A stretch of 64,000 nt of DNA from a virus, in IMG/VR virus record IMGVR_UViG_3300045988_127961. One strand, 5' to 3'. Position 1 is the stretch's first letter; each line of letters begins with the position of its first letter. Below, piece by piece: positions 14,604-29,763 of the stretch. The translations under genes and the position numbers were made by a program. The notes under the pieces are model-generated. The model saw nothing but the letters and a program-made list of their open reading frames with translations, had not been told where the DNA came from and did not search any database.

Positions 14604-16887
14604 TACCGACTTTCTTAAAAAATTAGACGAATTTAAACATAAAGTAGTTTATGCTCGTATTGAGCTATTAACATTTGATGAATTGCCAATAGAGAGTATA
14701 GAAGGCAAGATAACCAGCGGATCGATTAATATTGATGGAACATCTGCGGTCCGCAGGTCTTGTTCCCTTACTATGATGACTAATGAGAAATTATATAGAC
14801 AATATTCTTGGGGTTTAAATTCTAAATTTAGTTTAGCTATTGGATTAGAAAATAAGATTGATAGTAAATATCCAGATATTATTTGGTTTAATCAAGGTAT
14901 TTATTTAATTACTTCTTTTAATACTTCTCAAAGTGCTAGCTCATATAGCATTTCTATTCAAGGTAAAGACAAAATGTGTTTATTAAATGGAGATTTGGGA
15001 GGAGATTTACCTGCTTCTATAGATTTTGGATAGGAAGAAGTAATTACTTATACTTATAATAAACAAGATAATATAACCAAAGATAACTATATAAAAGGTA
15101 AATATTGCTATATTGTCAATAGTGAGGAAGAAGCTAAGAAACATAACGTTTATTATATTTCTACTTAGAATAAACAAACCACTTATTACGTTTTAGATGA
15201 AGAAGAATTTAGTAATAGAGAATACTATTTAAGAGAAAGTTATTTAAATTTAATTCAAATTCCTATTTAGACTATTATTAAAAAACTTCTTACAGTTTAT
15301 GGCAAAGAAAAAGAAAGTAATATAGTTATTAATGATTTAGATCAATATGGTTATGAATTATTGGCTAATAAATGTGATGAAACTATGTATTTTTTTAAAG
15401 ACGCGCAAACTAATAGAATAGTTAATGCTTCAATAGGGACATTGCCAGATTTATTAGATATAAATAATGTAAAAATAACTGATACAAGCAATATTAAATT
15501 TGATAATTTAGATAGTAATAAATTATTAGATGATGCCCCTAAACCAACTAAAGTAAGATTAGTAAATAATGGGACTATTTATACTATTGTAAGTCGAACA
15601 ACTAATGAAACAGTTGGTTATCGTATTTGTGATTTGGTTTACGCTGGAGATCTTATCACCAGTGTTGGTGAAAATGTGGCTAGCGTGTTAGACAAAATTA
15701 AAAATATGTTAAGTTGTTTTGAATATTATTATGATATAGATGGTAGATTTATTTTCCAAAGAAAGAAATTTTATGAATATTAGTCTTGGACTAGTATAGT
15801 GAATAATTCTAATGGAGATAGTTATATTGAGCCTGCAGTTTATTCTTCATCTTCAATTTATTCATTTAGAGACGGATAGACAATTATTTCTTTTAACAAC
15901 ACTCCACAGATTGCTAATTTAAGAAATGATTTTTCTATTTGGGGATAGAGAGAAAGTGCGAGTGGTACTGAGATTCCTATTCATCTAAGATACGCGATAG
16001 ACCAAAAGCCTATTTAGTATACTACGATTATTGTAAATGATAATGATATAAATAGATATAAATCTACAATGTATAATAATGATATTTTTGATACTATGAA
16101 TCCGCAATTAGAACAAAAAACTTATAAAAATAAGTGGTATCGAAGTGAAAATGAACCAGGAGTTATTTATTGCGATTGGCGCGAAGTTCTATATCGTATG
16201 GCTGTAGATTATTATCAATATAATTATGCAGATGATTTTACCAGTAAAGTGGCGACCGCGAATCCTGACCTCTATCCTTCTGGAATAACTGGTTATGAGA
16301 CTTATTATGTAGATTTATTCTCCTTTTGGAGAGATATTTATGATTATGATAAATTAGATTTCAAGGAAGAAGTAAAAAATAATCCTGAGAATTTAAATTT
16401 TTGGTTTGATTTTATTGGGGAAGAAAATGCGGACATTGCTAAATATTCAGTCCAATTAATTGGAGATAGAACAAAAGCAATTAATGATACTAATGTAAAA
16501 GTTATATGTTATAGAGATACACCTGATGTATTATTTATGACATAGACAGATTATGATTCTATTATTTAGAATAATTATCCAACAGAAAGTGGGTATATTT
16601 GGATTAATATTCCTTCTGGATATGATAATTATTTTAAAATTAGTTCTAAAGGTAAGAGTGCGGTTGATGAAATTGAAGATTTACTTTATACAACAGCCTA
16701 TTGTACGGAAAGCGTTTCAATTTCTACTATTCCAGTTTATTATTTAGAGCCTAATAATAGAATTTATATTGAAGATAAAAGAAGTGGCGTTGAAGGAGAA
16801 TATTTAGTTAATAAAATAACTATTCCATTAACTTATAATGGTTCAATGTCTATTAGTGCCACCAAAGCAATATCAAGAGTATATTAA
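14581..16887 (+). CDS. Tail-associated protein (768 aa). The N-terminal region resembles siphovirus tail-tip (Tal/gp27-like) proteins. TAG-recoded.
   Basis: Frame-1 fragments 14581, 15361 and 16069 are joined by TAG. N-terminus is MKTQRQYDTDFLKKLDEF...IELLTFDELPIESIEGKITSGSINIDGTSAVRRSCSLTM. TAA stop at 16885. Confidence 0.5.
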
Positions 16888-16900
16888 GGAGGACCACTAA

Positions 16901-17245
16901 ATGGCAAGAAAGATAAGACAAATTCGTTATTATGGTGAAGGTCTTAATTCTAAGAACTATCCAAGTGATGTTAATATGAGTAAATTAATTACAGGAACCG
17001 CATTTAAAAATAATAACCAAAATGTATTAATTACTCAATTAGGTATTTAGACTTTGCCAGGAACGAAATTTTATTTAAATGATAGCGCTAATGCTATTAT
17101 TGTTGGAAATACTGGTATTTATGAATTAGATTTAGAAGGTATTTCTACTATTAATTTGATTAAATTTGATAGAAGCTCTATGAATTTGATTAATCAAAAT
17201 CAAGAAGCATATCTTATTATAGATTATTTATTTGAGGAGGGTTGA
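16901..17245 (+). CDS. Small tail-module protein (114 aa)
   Basis: RBS AAGGAGG. One in-frame TAG. TGA stop. Confidence 0.5.
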
Positions 17246-17247
17246 TA

Positions 17248-19560
17248 ATGGGTTTTTATGGTAATATAACTAATACTTCAAAAACAACCTTTACTTTTGA
17301 TAAAATTTACAGTAATAGACTTCAAATGGATAATAGCTGTACGAGTGATGGTATATTTTTAGGACGCTATGTTTTAGTTGAATATGGTCTTCCCGCCACT
17401 CAATATTTAGTAGGATATCTTGATAATAAAATTATGTATGATGATCCTTCTGATAGAAGTGATTCTCATATTATTTTATGTGAGAATGGAAAATTAGTAA
17501 AAGTTAAAAGAAGCAACCAATGGTATTTATATGTGGGAAATATAACCGCGAGTGGGGTTAAAGAGTGGAAATATCTCACTAGAATTACTAATGACAGAGT
17601 TGATGATGAATAGTATAATTTAAATTATCAAATAGATTATCCTGTTTATGGTCGTGGCTATGATTCTACAGTTTGGATAAAACAATACATCAATAATCAA
17701 GAGACTTATGTTTAGATTGCTGAATTAAATACTGTTGTTCCTAATTTTTCAATTTACCCACTACTTCCTCAAGATCCCTATGTCGCAGTTGATGATAGTA
17801 ATATCGTATATTAGCCAGGTAAGTATTATTATTATGATGAAACTGATAGTCATTATAAATTAGATAATAATGATACTAAAACCGAGGGGCGCGTTTACTA
17901 TTTAGAAAGTGAACTTGGACCTGCGATAACTACAGATCAAAGTAGCACAAATTTACTTTATAAATTAAGAGTTCCTACTAATTTCCAGCTTGATTTAGAC
18001 GATAATAATATTTATTATAATAAAGAAGGATTTAGTAAGACAAAACATTTTCGTGATGATAAAACAGAAAATACTATTAATTATAAATTAAGTTAGTCAG
18101 GATATAGATTTTACTATAATGTAGAATAGGATAATGTTGTTGGTGAGCCGATCGAAGATGGCTACGACCGCAAATCTCTCGTTGTAAAACTTCCTGCTCT
18201 TGGTAATGCGGTATGCGACACTTATGATTTGCTTTACGGTCAAAATCGCAATGATTCTGCTACCAATTTTGATAAAACTAACATTAAAGGTGCTTTAAAT
18301 ACTCTTAATAGAAAAATGAACTTAGATAAATTAGATACTAATAAACTTATTTATTTTTCTACTGAGACTGATAATAATATTAATGATAATTATATGAAGT
18401 CTGCGACTATCAAAGGAGATAATTTGATTTCAGTAGATGCTAATATTGAGAAGAATAACGGAGTTATTAAAATTACCCATAATAATTTAGATGTAAGTAA
18501 AGCATCAAAAAATTATGGTAAAGATGTTGATTTTAGTACTTTTGGCTCTTCTATTACTTTACCTAAATTATTTACAGATAGAGCTGGGCATATTGTAAAA
18601 GAAGAAACATTCTCAGTTAGTATTCCAAAAGGCTCTTATGAAAATACTAAAGAGGGTAATGTTCTTACTTCTTTAAGTTTTATTGATACTACCGGAGCTT
18701 TAAGTAGTGAAAAATCTTATTTAGGTACTTTAACGTTAGGAACTGGATATATTACCAATGATAAATTAAATACTATTACCAAAGATACAACTCTTAATGA
18801 TAGTATTAATAGATTGATTGATAATAGCGATAGCAAATATAATACTTTATTGGGTCAAACTAATAATAGTTTTGGTAAAGATACTGTTCCAACTCTTTAT
18901 GGCTTAAGACAAGGAATCAATAGTGATAGAGATAATATTAGTAATTTAAGCGATAAAATTGATATTTTAAATGGAGCCGTATCTACTACTAATTCTGTTG
19001 CTTATAGTATTAAGTAGGCTATTGATAAATTAGATAAAACTGATAACAAGGTAGATAAACAATTTGTTACGGCTGTAGAAGAAAAAGATGGTTTAATAAC
19101 TGTTTCAAGAAGTGCCTTACAAGAAAATGATTTACCTATTACTTTTGATGGAACTTATAGTAGTAGCAATAAAGTTGCTACTATGAGTAGTTTAAATACT
19201 TTAAAAGCAAATCTTTTAGGCGATTATACTGGCACATTAGCTGATGTAAATACTTTAGCAAGTAGTAAATTAAATGAAGACGCAGTGCGCGGTCTTACGT
19301 ATAATGCAACTTCTGGAACTAATGGAGCTAAAACCATAGCAGAAATGTTTGATTTAATTGTAGAATTATAGAATAAAAATACGTAGTTAAATACAACTAT
19401 TAAGGCATTATAGGATAAAGACGCGGAATCTGATACGACTATTAAAGTATTATAGGACAAAGATATTGAATTAAATAATTTAATTGCTGGATTAAGAACT
19501 GATGTTGATGCTTTAAAGAATAATTCGAATAATACTGATACTCCATCTGAAACAACTTAA
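17248..19560 (+). CDS. Tail fibre-like protein (770 aa), TAG-recoded
   Basis: RBS GAGGAGG. Frame-1 fragments 17242, 18229 and 19183 are joined by TAG. Asn/Thr-rich with a coiled-coil C-terminal part. TAA stop followed by a terminator. Confidence 0.55.
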
Positions 19561-19569
19561 TTTAAATAA

Positions 19570-19599
19570 GGGTTTGGTCTTAATAGGCCAAACCCTTTT
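19570..19599 (+). terminator. Rho-independent terminator
   Basis: GGGTTTGG...CCAAACCC stem followed by TTTT. Confidence 0.65.
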
Positions 19600-19647
19600 A
19601 GTATTGATTAAAAAGATTTTATAAATAATAGAAAGGAGTCGATTATC

Positions 19648-20229
19648 TTGCCTAATACATTAAATAAATATGTAAAATTTGTCAGAGGTTCTAAAACCGC
19701 TTTTGAAAATTTAGGGAATAGAAGAGACAATGATACTTTATATTTTATTTATGGGGAAAATGATTCTTCTGGAGAACTTTATTTAGGTAGTCGTCTAATT
19801 TGCGGTGGAATTAGTTCCGCGGGTAAGTTAAGCGATTTAAGTGATATTGTTCTCAATGAAGTTAAAACAAATCAAGTTTTAATTTATGATGAAGAACAAA
19901 AGAAATGGGTTAATTAGGGTTTAGAGAATAATGAGACTTTAATTAATTCTATTGTTGAAAAATTATCTACAGAAGAAAATTTAGCTAAATTAGCTCCTGT
20001 TTTTAAGGGCACAGTTCCAGGGTTAGTTCCAGTTTCTTTACATGAAACTAAAGGAAAGCATATTCTTACCGATGCAGGTACATGGATTGATATGCCAGTA
20101 GGAACATTAACTTAGGGAGATATTGAAACAATTAATATAGCTAATAAATATTTAGTAGATAAAGGTCCTGATAATTTGGTAACTCGTGTTGAAGCAGTCG
20201 AACAAACTGTTTCTTGGGCTGATATTTAA
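19648..20229 (+). CDS. Tail-fibre N-terminal-domain protein (193 aa, TTG start)
   Basis: RBS AAAGGAG. The N-terminus KFVRGSKTAFENLG...LYFIYGEND is shared with the next two genes. Two in-frame TAGs. Confidence 0.5.
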
Positions 20230-20243
20230 AGGAGTGAAAAAGA

Positions 20244-21890
20244 TTGAACGTTAAGTTTTTAAAAGGCTCTCAAGCTGAATTCGAAAAAGTGGCAGGTAGA
20301 TATAAACCTGGTGCATTTTATTTAGTAATTAATGATAATAAGTCCGCGGAGGACTATAAAAAACCAAGTCGTCTTTACTATGGTGTAGATGAAAATAATT
20401 GCGTTCCTGTAAATTAGGGTATTAATGTAGTTGATACTACAGCAGGTTTACCTCAAAGTTTTAACCAAAATACAGCAGGCGAATTTTATTATGTAAAAGA
20501 TAAAAATATTTTATGTATTAATAATGGTAAAGGCTGGATTCAAACAAATACTGATACTGTTTTGGATACTGATAAAAAGAATAGTAATGTGTCAGTAAAT
20601 ACTAGTCCCAATAATGCCAATGGAGCTTCTATAACTAATACTATTGCTGATAGTAGTGGTAACGTTATTACTGAGACTTATGATATTATTGGTAGTGATT
20701 ATATTCAAGTTGAAGTAATTCCTGCAACTAATGATAAAGGTGTAGACACTATTAAACTTAGTTTAACAGGAGTTAATTATCAATTAAGCTCTTCTTTAAG
20801 TAAAAAAACTTTAAATGTTAATTTAAAAAATGCTAATACTGATGCGGGTAATTTTAATATTATCGCCGGTAGCAATGTTAATATTGCCGAAAGCTCTGCG
20901 GGCAATTATACTTTAAGTGTCGATAAAGCAGTTAATGATATCAACGTAATTAATCATGCTACTGGTACTGGTTTTACTGCTTCTATTAGTGGTCCTGGTG
21001 TCGAAGGAGCTGGTAATAGTACAACTTTATCTGCTGATATTGATCCAGAAATTGCTTTAGAAGGCAAGGATGGTAGTTATAAATTTAAAGATGGTGTTTT
21101 AACTCTTCCTGTTTATAGCAAACAAGATATTGATAATCAACTTAGAACTATTAATGCTATGGTATTCCGTGGCGGATTCCAAATTAAAGATGGAGCCATT
21201 ATCTATGATAGTTCTGATATTACTGAAATTGCTGAAGGTAATACCTTTATTTATACTGGCGCTGAAGATACTCTTTGGAACGGCCATTATTTACGTCCTG
21301 GAGATTTAATTATTGCTTCTGGTGAAGAAGTTGATGGAGTTATTACTGGCACTATTAGTTGGACTTATGTTCCTTCTGCTGATGATCCTGTTACTGAGGT
21401 CGAAGGAGCTGATGATAACAGTAATGCTGGATTTATTATTAAGCTTGGTTCTACTAAAGAGCTTTTAAATTATATCCTTAAAGGTGAAAAAGGTATTGAG
21501 TTAGAAGTAAAGGCTCAAACTGGCTCAGTAGTGAAAGAAATTACTATTAAACATAGTAATACTTTAACTGTGAATACTCCAGTCTCTCAAGATTATGCTG
21601 ATGAGTAGACTATTGTTATTAATGAACCAACTGAAATTGATGATCAAGGTCATGTAATTAAATCTACTCGAAAAACATTTACTGTAAAGAATACTCACCA
21701 AGAAATTGCTAACGCAGATTATACAGTAAATGGTACTGATACTTTAATTCCTAATCTTAAAGTTGCTGGTGCTGATCTTGAAGGCAAACCGCTTGTTTTC
21801 ACTAGTAATAGCCTAAAGGTTAATGTTTCTGCGGCGACTGCGGCTAATGATGCGAAAGTTAGTTTTGAGTTAGAGTGGGGAACATTCTAA
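20244..21890 (+). CDS. Tail fibre protein (548 aa, TTG start)
   Basis: RBS AAAGGAG. N-terminus VKFLKGSQAEFEKVAG...GAFYLVIND. One TAG at 21606. TAA stop followed by a terminator. Confidence 0.55.
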
Positions 21891-21951
21891 GGGCAATATT
21901 ATTTAATAATAAATATAATTTTTTCTATTTTATATAGAAGAATGTTTTTAT

Positions 21952-21989
21952 GGGGAAAGATGAAATATTCTTTCCCCATATTTTTTTTA
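21952..21989 (+). terminator. Rho-independent terminator
   Basis: GGGGAAAGA...TCTTTCCCC stem followed by ATATTTTTTTT. Confidence 0.7.
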
Positions 21990-22008
21990 GGATAGAAAGG
22001 AGTAAATT

Positions 22009-25000
22009 ATGTCTAAGATACGTTTTCGTCCTGTATAGGGTCCAGAAGAAAAGATAAAAGCATATCCACAAACTGATGGATATTTTTATGTGGCAACAGA
22101 TACCGGACGAGTTTATTTAGATACAGCGACTGAGAATAAAATACCAATAGGTTCAAGTGGCGTTTAGGTAATTTATGGAACTGAAAAAGACGTCGGAATT
22201 GATTATGATGCGGATGAAAACCCAATCGGATATTCAATTCGTTTATCTAATTTATCAAGTTCTAATCCTCATGTAAATGATTTAATTTTAAATAGCGATG
22301 GAGCATTTTATCGTATTAAAGAATTTAAATTAAATGATGATAAAGAAGAAGTCGCAAGTTGTGAAAAATTAACTGTCGCCGGGGCGGGCGGTGGCGGAGA
22401 AGGAGACTCTGAACAAAAAGTTTTAGGAACTGTTTCTTTAACAAGAATTCCACCCGATAGTCCTGTTGATGTTTTGAATGAAGAAAATGTTAAAGTAAAG
22501 GTATTGGTTAAATGTAGAACTGTTGGAGGAGTTCCACAATCTTCTTCTGTGCAAGGAATTATAACTATAAGCGAAATTAAAAGTGCTACAGAAAAAGAAA
22601 TTTATTATACTTCTCCTCCTACTACTTATGAGCATAATATTCCGCAAGAAATTGATTTAACTAATATTTTAAGAAATTCATGTTCTAGTGAAATTAATTT
22701 TAGTATTTATTATAATCCTGATAAAGAAAATAATAGATTTTAGAAAAGCTCTGATACTATTAATATTAATAAACATCATCTTTCTTTTAGTTGGAAAGAA
22801 AGTAGTTTTAGTAATGATAGTCCAGTTGATAATGGACAAATATCTGTTAGTTGGTTAATGTCTGAAGATATTGCTAGATCTGTTGAAGTTTATTTTGATG
22901 ATTATTTAGTTTTAGATAGAACTTATAGTGATACTGATTCTTCTTCTGAAGATTCTTTTGTTATTACTCCTGATACAAATATATTAGGGACTGATAAAGT
23001 TTCTACTTTAAAAAATTATTTTACTCATGGTGAGCATATAATAAAGGCAAAGTTATATTTAATGAATAATTCTAAAAAAGGTACAGGAACAGATTTTATT
23101 TAGAAAGAAATCGTTATTCAAGAACCAGGCAATAAAATGCCTTTAATTTGGGTACAAGATTTTAAAACAGAATATTATACTTATGAGACAATAAGAATTC
23201 CTTTTAAAGTATTAGATCCAAATAATAATGGAGCTTTTATAACTCTTTATAAAAATGGTGTTCAAGTAGGAACTAGAGAATTAGATAGTTCGCAAGTTAG
23301 AGAATGGCAATATTGGGAAATTACTAATTTAACTGTAGATGATAGTTCTTATTATACTATTAAAGTTGGTACTGATCCTTATTCTTATTCTCGTAATTTT
23401 AATTTTACAATTTTAATTGACCCTTTAAGAGATATGAAGTTAGTAAAAAAAGATAATTTAAAGGTTAATTTTATAGCTACTGGTCGTTCTAATTCAGAAG
23501 GAAAATTAGGTCGTGAAACTTATTTAATTAATAATAATAAATATGTAGAATTTAAAAATTTTAACTGGTATAATAATGGTTGGGTTTTTGATGAAAATAA
23601 TACGACTTGTTTACGAGTAAGCAATGGTGCTGAAGTATCTATCCCAGTCGGAAAAATGGCTTTTAAAGATGGATCATCATCTGCTACTATTGAGATTCAA
23701 TTTAAAATAAAGAATCCTCAAAATTATGCTAAAGTTATAACTAAATATACTAGATATAAAGTAAGTAAAGATAATTGGGAAGATAATGATGCTTGGGATA
23801 AATTTAAAGCCCAAAATAAATATCTTAATTATGATGAGTTTTTAACTAAAGAATATTTACCGACAACTAATTATACTTATGATGATTTAGAATATAATAA
23901 AATAGAACAAGATTTTAATTTAAAGAATTTAGTTTGTGCATATGGTAAATTAGGGAATTCTGTTTCTCCTGGTATTTATTTTAGTCCATAGGATGCTGTA
24001 TTTACAGCTAACGGGGCTCAAGAAACAGTTTCAGTTGATTTTATTGAAAATGAAATGCTAAATCTTTCATTTGTTTATACTAAAAAGAAAAGTGATATAG
24101 AAGGCGGAAATTCTAAATTATTAGAAATTTTTATGAATGGCGTTTTAACTAGTGTTGTACGTTGTAGTAGTGATGTTTGGAATATTGATTCTGATTTCAT
24201 TAAATTTATGTCTAATACTTGTGATATTGATATTTATAGTATTAGAGTTTATGATACAGATTTAACTATTCCTGAAATAGTCCAAAATTACGCTTTTGAT
24301 AAGAGAAGTATAAAACAGTGGGACCAAAAAGATCTTTATGAAAACAATACGGTATTAAAAGATGATGTATTTTCTTATACTAAAATGAAAAAGTATAATG
24401 ATAATCATCCGACTGAACCTTTAATGCCCTATATTATTCTAAGGACTACTAAAAATAATAAAAATAATACGGATAATAGATTACCTTATTCTAAAGCAAA
24501 AGGAAGCTAGGAAGGAACTTTAGAATTTGTTAACACTGCTTTAGACGCTGCTTACAATAGTGGTGAATTAGAAAAAGTTGCTATAAAAGAAGGATGGAAA
24601 CCTGTAATCGAAAAAAATGAAGAAACATAGGAAGAAGTAGTAAAATATACTGCGGTATAGAATTATTATATGCATCATTGTCCTAGTTTTATAACTGTTC
24701 TTAATGGATGTACTTTCCAAGTTCAAGGTACTTCTTCACAATTTTATCCTCGTCGTAATTATAAAGCTAAATGCAAAGAATCAATGCTTTTAAATAGAGG
24801 CCCATTTGCTGAAGACTATAAAAAAGCAGGAGACTAGTATAATGAAGATATAACTAAACATCCTTGTTATTTAGAGTGGTTTTATATGGATAATAAGACA
24901 GTCGGTACTACTAAATTTACTTTAAAAATAGATTTTATGGAATCTTCTGGAGATTATAATAGAGGATTTGCTAATTTAGTTAACGAGATTTATTCTAAAC

Positions 25001-28000
25001 ATCCAATAGAAGACTATAAAGATTCTTTTGATAATTATAATTTATATGGAAATTTAGAAGATTATCGCACTTCGGTAAAAGGATTCCCCGTTTTAGCTTT
25101 CCATTATATGTCCAACGATGATAATACTTACTCTAAGGAAAATAGTAATAACTGTATTTTTATTGGCAAATATAATATGTTATTAGATAAAGGCTCAGAT
25201 GAATGTTTTGGATTTAAGCCAAATAAAAAGATTTTACAAAATCAAATTACGGGCAACCCTAAAGTAAGAGATATGGCAGAATGTTGGGAATTTTAGAACA
25301 ATTCAAGAACTTTTTGCTCTTTCCGCGACCCTTGGAATCGTTATAAATTATCATTTAGAAATCCTAATATGGTAATCCCTCCAGATGGAGATAATCCTGA
25401 ATTAGTTAAAGGCGCTCCAAAAGTCGTTGATTCTTTTGAACCAAGATATAATCCAAATGATGATTTAATTGCTGATAATTTATTTAGTTTAAAAGAGTGG
25501 CTTGATCCAGATGGGACATAGACTAAGATTGTTGGGGAAGAATTAAAAAATGTAGCCCCAGATAGACTTACTAAAAAAGAAATAGTTGATGAAATTACTG
25601 GTATAAAATCTATTAAATGGATTATAAAGAACCCAGACGGAGAAGAAATAGAATTTAATGTTGCTAATGATACAAGTAAACAAGAATTACTCTTAGCTTT
25701 AATGTCTAACTGGGAAGACGCAGTTAGTTGGGTGTGGAGTACTTGTTTAGATTGCGATATTGAATTTGATGATGGATAGAAATTAAAAATTCCATCTATG
25801 GGCATTTATACTAAAGTTGATGGATTAGCTGAAGCTATATATGTTCCTAATGTCTATTATGTTGAAGATGGAGTTAATGAAAATGGAAAAATTATTTATA
25901 AATTAGCTTCTGAAGAATATAACTCTGAAACAAGATATTATAAGTAGATTAATGAAAATAATAGTTTAAAGTATGTAAGCATAAAACTTACAAATAATTC
26001 AGATAAAGTATATAAAGCAAATATTTATTATCTTTTAACTGATAGTAAAAATGAAATTTATGTATTAAGTTCTGATAAATTTAATTCTTCTTTAGATTAT
26101 TATTCTTTTAATAAAAATGAAGAAGGTATTGAGGAAAGATGGAAATTACCTAATCCAGTAACCTATGGCTCTATTACTTATACTAAAGATAGTAAAGAAT
26201 ACCGTCAAGCTAAATTTAAAAATGAATTAAGTAATTTCTTTGATATTGAATATTTAGCTTCTTACCTTTTAATGACAGAAATTTTTGAATGTTATGATTC
26301 TCGTGGAAAAAATGCAATGTTTGCTTCTTGGGGACCTCAAAAAGGTAATATTCAAAAATCTACTGGCAAACAACATTATATTTGGTATCCTATCTTTTAT
26401 GATATTGATACTCAATTAGGTATTAATAATACTGGTATCCCATCTTTTGAATACTACATTGATGCTACTGAAGAAGGAAGTTTTTCAACTAATGATAGTG
26501 TTCTTTGGAATAATTTTTACACTTTCTTTAGAAGTAAGATGGTGGATAAATATAAGCAATTAATGGGAACTCAAAATAATTCTTATAGTCCAAATGATTC
26601 AAGAGTAAATAAAATTTTTACCAAAGGAGCAGGAAGCGGGGCTAAAAAAAGTGATATTGTAGATAAATGGTATCGTACTGATCCATCGGTATTTCTTGAT
26701 AGCTATGCCGTTCTAGGAGACAGACCAATTGTTGCCTTAAGTTTAGACGAAGAATTTAAGTATATTATTCCAACAAACTCTAAAGCCAAAGATATGCCAG
26801 TGTTTGGTCGTTTGACTGATGGAGGTTCATATGAGGTTGAAGATGATAAATATTTTTATGCTTTGCAAGGAGATAGAAATCTTTATCGCGCGCAATTTTT
26901 AGCAAATCGTCTTAATTACATCGACTCTTGGTTGACCGTTGGCACTTATGCTAGAAATGGTGGAGGAAGCTATATTAGAAGTCGTATTTCTGCAAACAAT
27001 CCTAAGAATACGTCAGATAAATGGATTGAAGGCACTAATACTCAAAATATGGAAGGATTAATTACAAATTCTCAGTATTGGAAAAATGATGTTGAATTCG
27101 AAGAGAAAAATCATATGTTCGATGGTGAGTATTGGATTAACATGGAGCCCGCGCGTAATGCTTATGTTACTATTGGCACAGATGGAGAGAATTTTCCTTC
27201 AAAGAAATATAATGGTTTAGAACCAGTTAAATATGTAGCTCCTGATATTAAAAAAGGAATTATAAGTAGCGGTAATTATAAAGAACAATTATATTATATT
27301 TATGGAATGGATCAAATGAAATCTCTCGGTGATTTAAGTAAATTATATTTCCAAGAGTTCGCGGCTGAAGGAAAAATGGAGCGTTTAACTGATTTATTAT
27401 TAGGATATGATGGAAAAGATGAAAGTGGTAATGAATATTTTAATAATGATGTAAATGACTGGTCCTTCTCAAAAGGCGGAATGCCTTTACTTAAAGAAAT
27501 GAATCTTTGTAATATTAACTTTAAAAAAGACTAGGGGGCATTAGATTTAACTAAAAGTGAAAAACTTGAAAACTTTAGAAATACTAAATCTAATATCCCG
27601 AGAGTTAATTTTGCTCCTGGAGTAGCTTTAAATACTTTATATTTAACCAATCGAACAAATTATTTAAGTTTAATAGAAGCTAATTTATTAACGAAATTAA
27701 TAACTAACTATATATATCCTGAAAAAAATCCAATTACTGGAAAACTTGAGGTCTCAGATGAAAATCGTGGTTTATATATTCAAGGTCTTACTGATGCTGA
27801 AGAAGGAAAAGAAAAAACCGAGATAAGAACTTTTGATATTCGAGGCGGTAATTTAGGTTATAATAGTTATGAATTGTTACGCAAATATATTTCAGCTAGT
27901 AAAAATAGTAAATTAGATTTATCTAATTGTATTATTAATTTAAATAATGTTTAGTGGAGTCCATATAGACTTCTGACTGACACTAAAACAACTCTTGATC

Positions 28001-29754
28001 CAGAAAGAAAATCTTATTATAGAGATAATGGACATTTTTAGTTGGTAGCTATTCCAAAAGATTAGGTTAATAAAATAACAAAATCTGATATTAAAAATAA
28101 TTAGATTTATTATTTAGATACAATAAATGGAGACAATAATAATCATAGTATAATAACTGATTATAATTTATTAATTGATATTTATAATAATTATAGGGGT
28201 CTTAATACTAATAAGCCAGAAATATCTGGTGTTATGTATATAAAAAATAATAATTAGATTGATGAATCTATTATCTAGAATGAGTTATAGGATAAATACC
28301 CTGATTTAATAATTTTTGTAGAAAATGTTAAACAAGAATGTTCTGCCAAGTTTATTTTAGAAAAAGAAGATATTGATGGAGTATTAATTTAGGAGGTTCT
28401 AAAAACTTAGAAATTACCCTTATCTAGCAGTAAATTCTTTGATGATCCAACAAATTCTTCTAGCGAAACTTATATTTCTTTTGGTAGCTTACAAGAAAAA
28501 ATGCCAACTTATGATTTTAAAGGTTGGGAAGATGATACGGGAGAATTAGTAATTGCTGTTGGAAAAAATGTAAATGAAGAAGACGTTGTTTTAAAAAGCG
28601 ATTGGAATTCTTTGTCTTTACAATCTAATAAAATGGATTATATTTTTAAAGCGAGATTTGAGCGCAAATCTTATACGATCACTTTCGTTAATGGTGACCG
28701 CGTTATTAATGATTCAACTGTAAAGAAAGTATTTAATTATGGTGAAAGAATTACTGTTCCAGAAGAATTTTATTATTTTAATAATACAGAAGTATCTGAT
28801 TTACCAGAAGGCGAAGACTCATTAGAATGGACTTGGAGATAGACGGGATGGGCGGATAAAGATGGAGTTAAAATTGATTTAACTAAACAATTAGCCTATG
28901 CTGACCGCGAATTCTACGCTGTTGGAGAGCCGATTAGTGTTTATGATAATATTTTAACTAATGATTCTACTCATAAATATTATGATATTATAAATTCTGA
29001 TGGAGAGTTATCATTTGTAATGACTGACTTAGCTAAGAATTTAAAAGGTAAAGTTACTTTACCTACAACTTATAACGGTTAGCCGATTACAAGAATTAAA
29101 TATAGCCAAGTTAATCCATCAGCAGCAGTTGGTATTCAAGTAAATCCTAATATCACTGCGATATTTTTTGCTCCAAAAGATAGCAATAAAATTTCTGTAA
29201 TAGATGATTATGCTTTTATTTTAGATAGTGGGTTAGAATATTTCCAATTTAGTGATTGTTTAAAGAAAATTGGTACTAAAGCATTTTATCAATGTCCTTT
29301 AAGTCGTAATAACATAATTCCTTATTCTTCTTCTACTGAAGGTTTGACTTTTGGAGCTCAAGCATTTTATCAAAGTAAGATGGGTTCTTATTCTCCTTAT
29401 AATTTAATTATAGAGGGATGCAAAGACGGTATTCTTAATTTTGATATAAATGCATTTTCTGGTCAGACAATTTTAAATATGTCTGGTAATTAGTTTAAAG
29501 GTTATACTGGCGCTATTCAAGTATAGATTGGTACTAATAAACACCCAATTAAACAAATTACAGCAGATAGCTCTGGCAATATTTTTACTCCTCGTCAAAC
29601 TGGTATGCCTACAGTGGCTAATGGATACACAGGTCGTTTTAGATATTATTATGTTGCTAGTTATGGTGAAAGTATTAAAAATACTTTACACAATATTTAT
29701 GAAGCAATGATATCTAATAGAGCGAATTTTGAAGAAGAGCCTATTGTAAAGTGA
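22009..29754 (+). CDS. Giant tail fibre or host-recognition protein (2581 aa) with C-terminal BspA-type leucine-rich repeats. TAG-recoded.
   Basis: ATG after AAAGGAG. Frame-1 fragments 22474, 22858, 23137, 24055, 24886, 26272 and 28501 are all joined only by TAG. N-terminus RFRPVQGPEEKIKAYPQTDGYFYVATDTG is of the fibre N-terminal type. The C-terminal region (about 28950-29500) has repeats such as ISVIDDYAF...FSDCLKKIGTKAFYQCPL...LTFGAQAFYQS typical of BspA LRRs. TGA stop at 29752. Confidence 0.55.
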
Positions 29755-29763
29755 GGATAAATT

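Noticed and set aside
22009-29754. Possibility that the 7.7-kb fibre ORF is an artefact of reading through real stops
   Set aside because: All seven ORF-track fragments are in the same frame. No start or RBS follows the TAGs. Sequence character (Asn/Tyr-rich beta-type repeats) is continuous across junctions. It is still flagged as needing homology confirmation.
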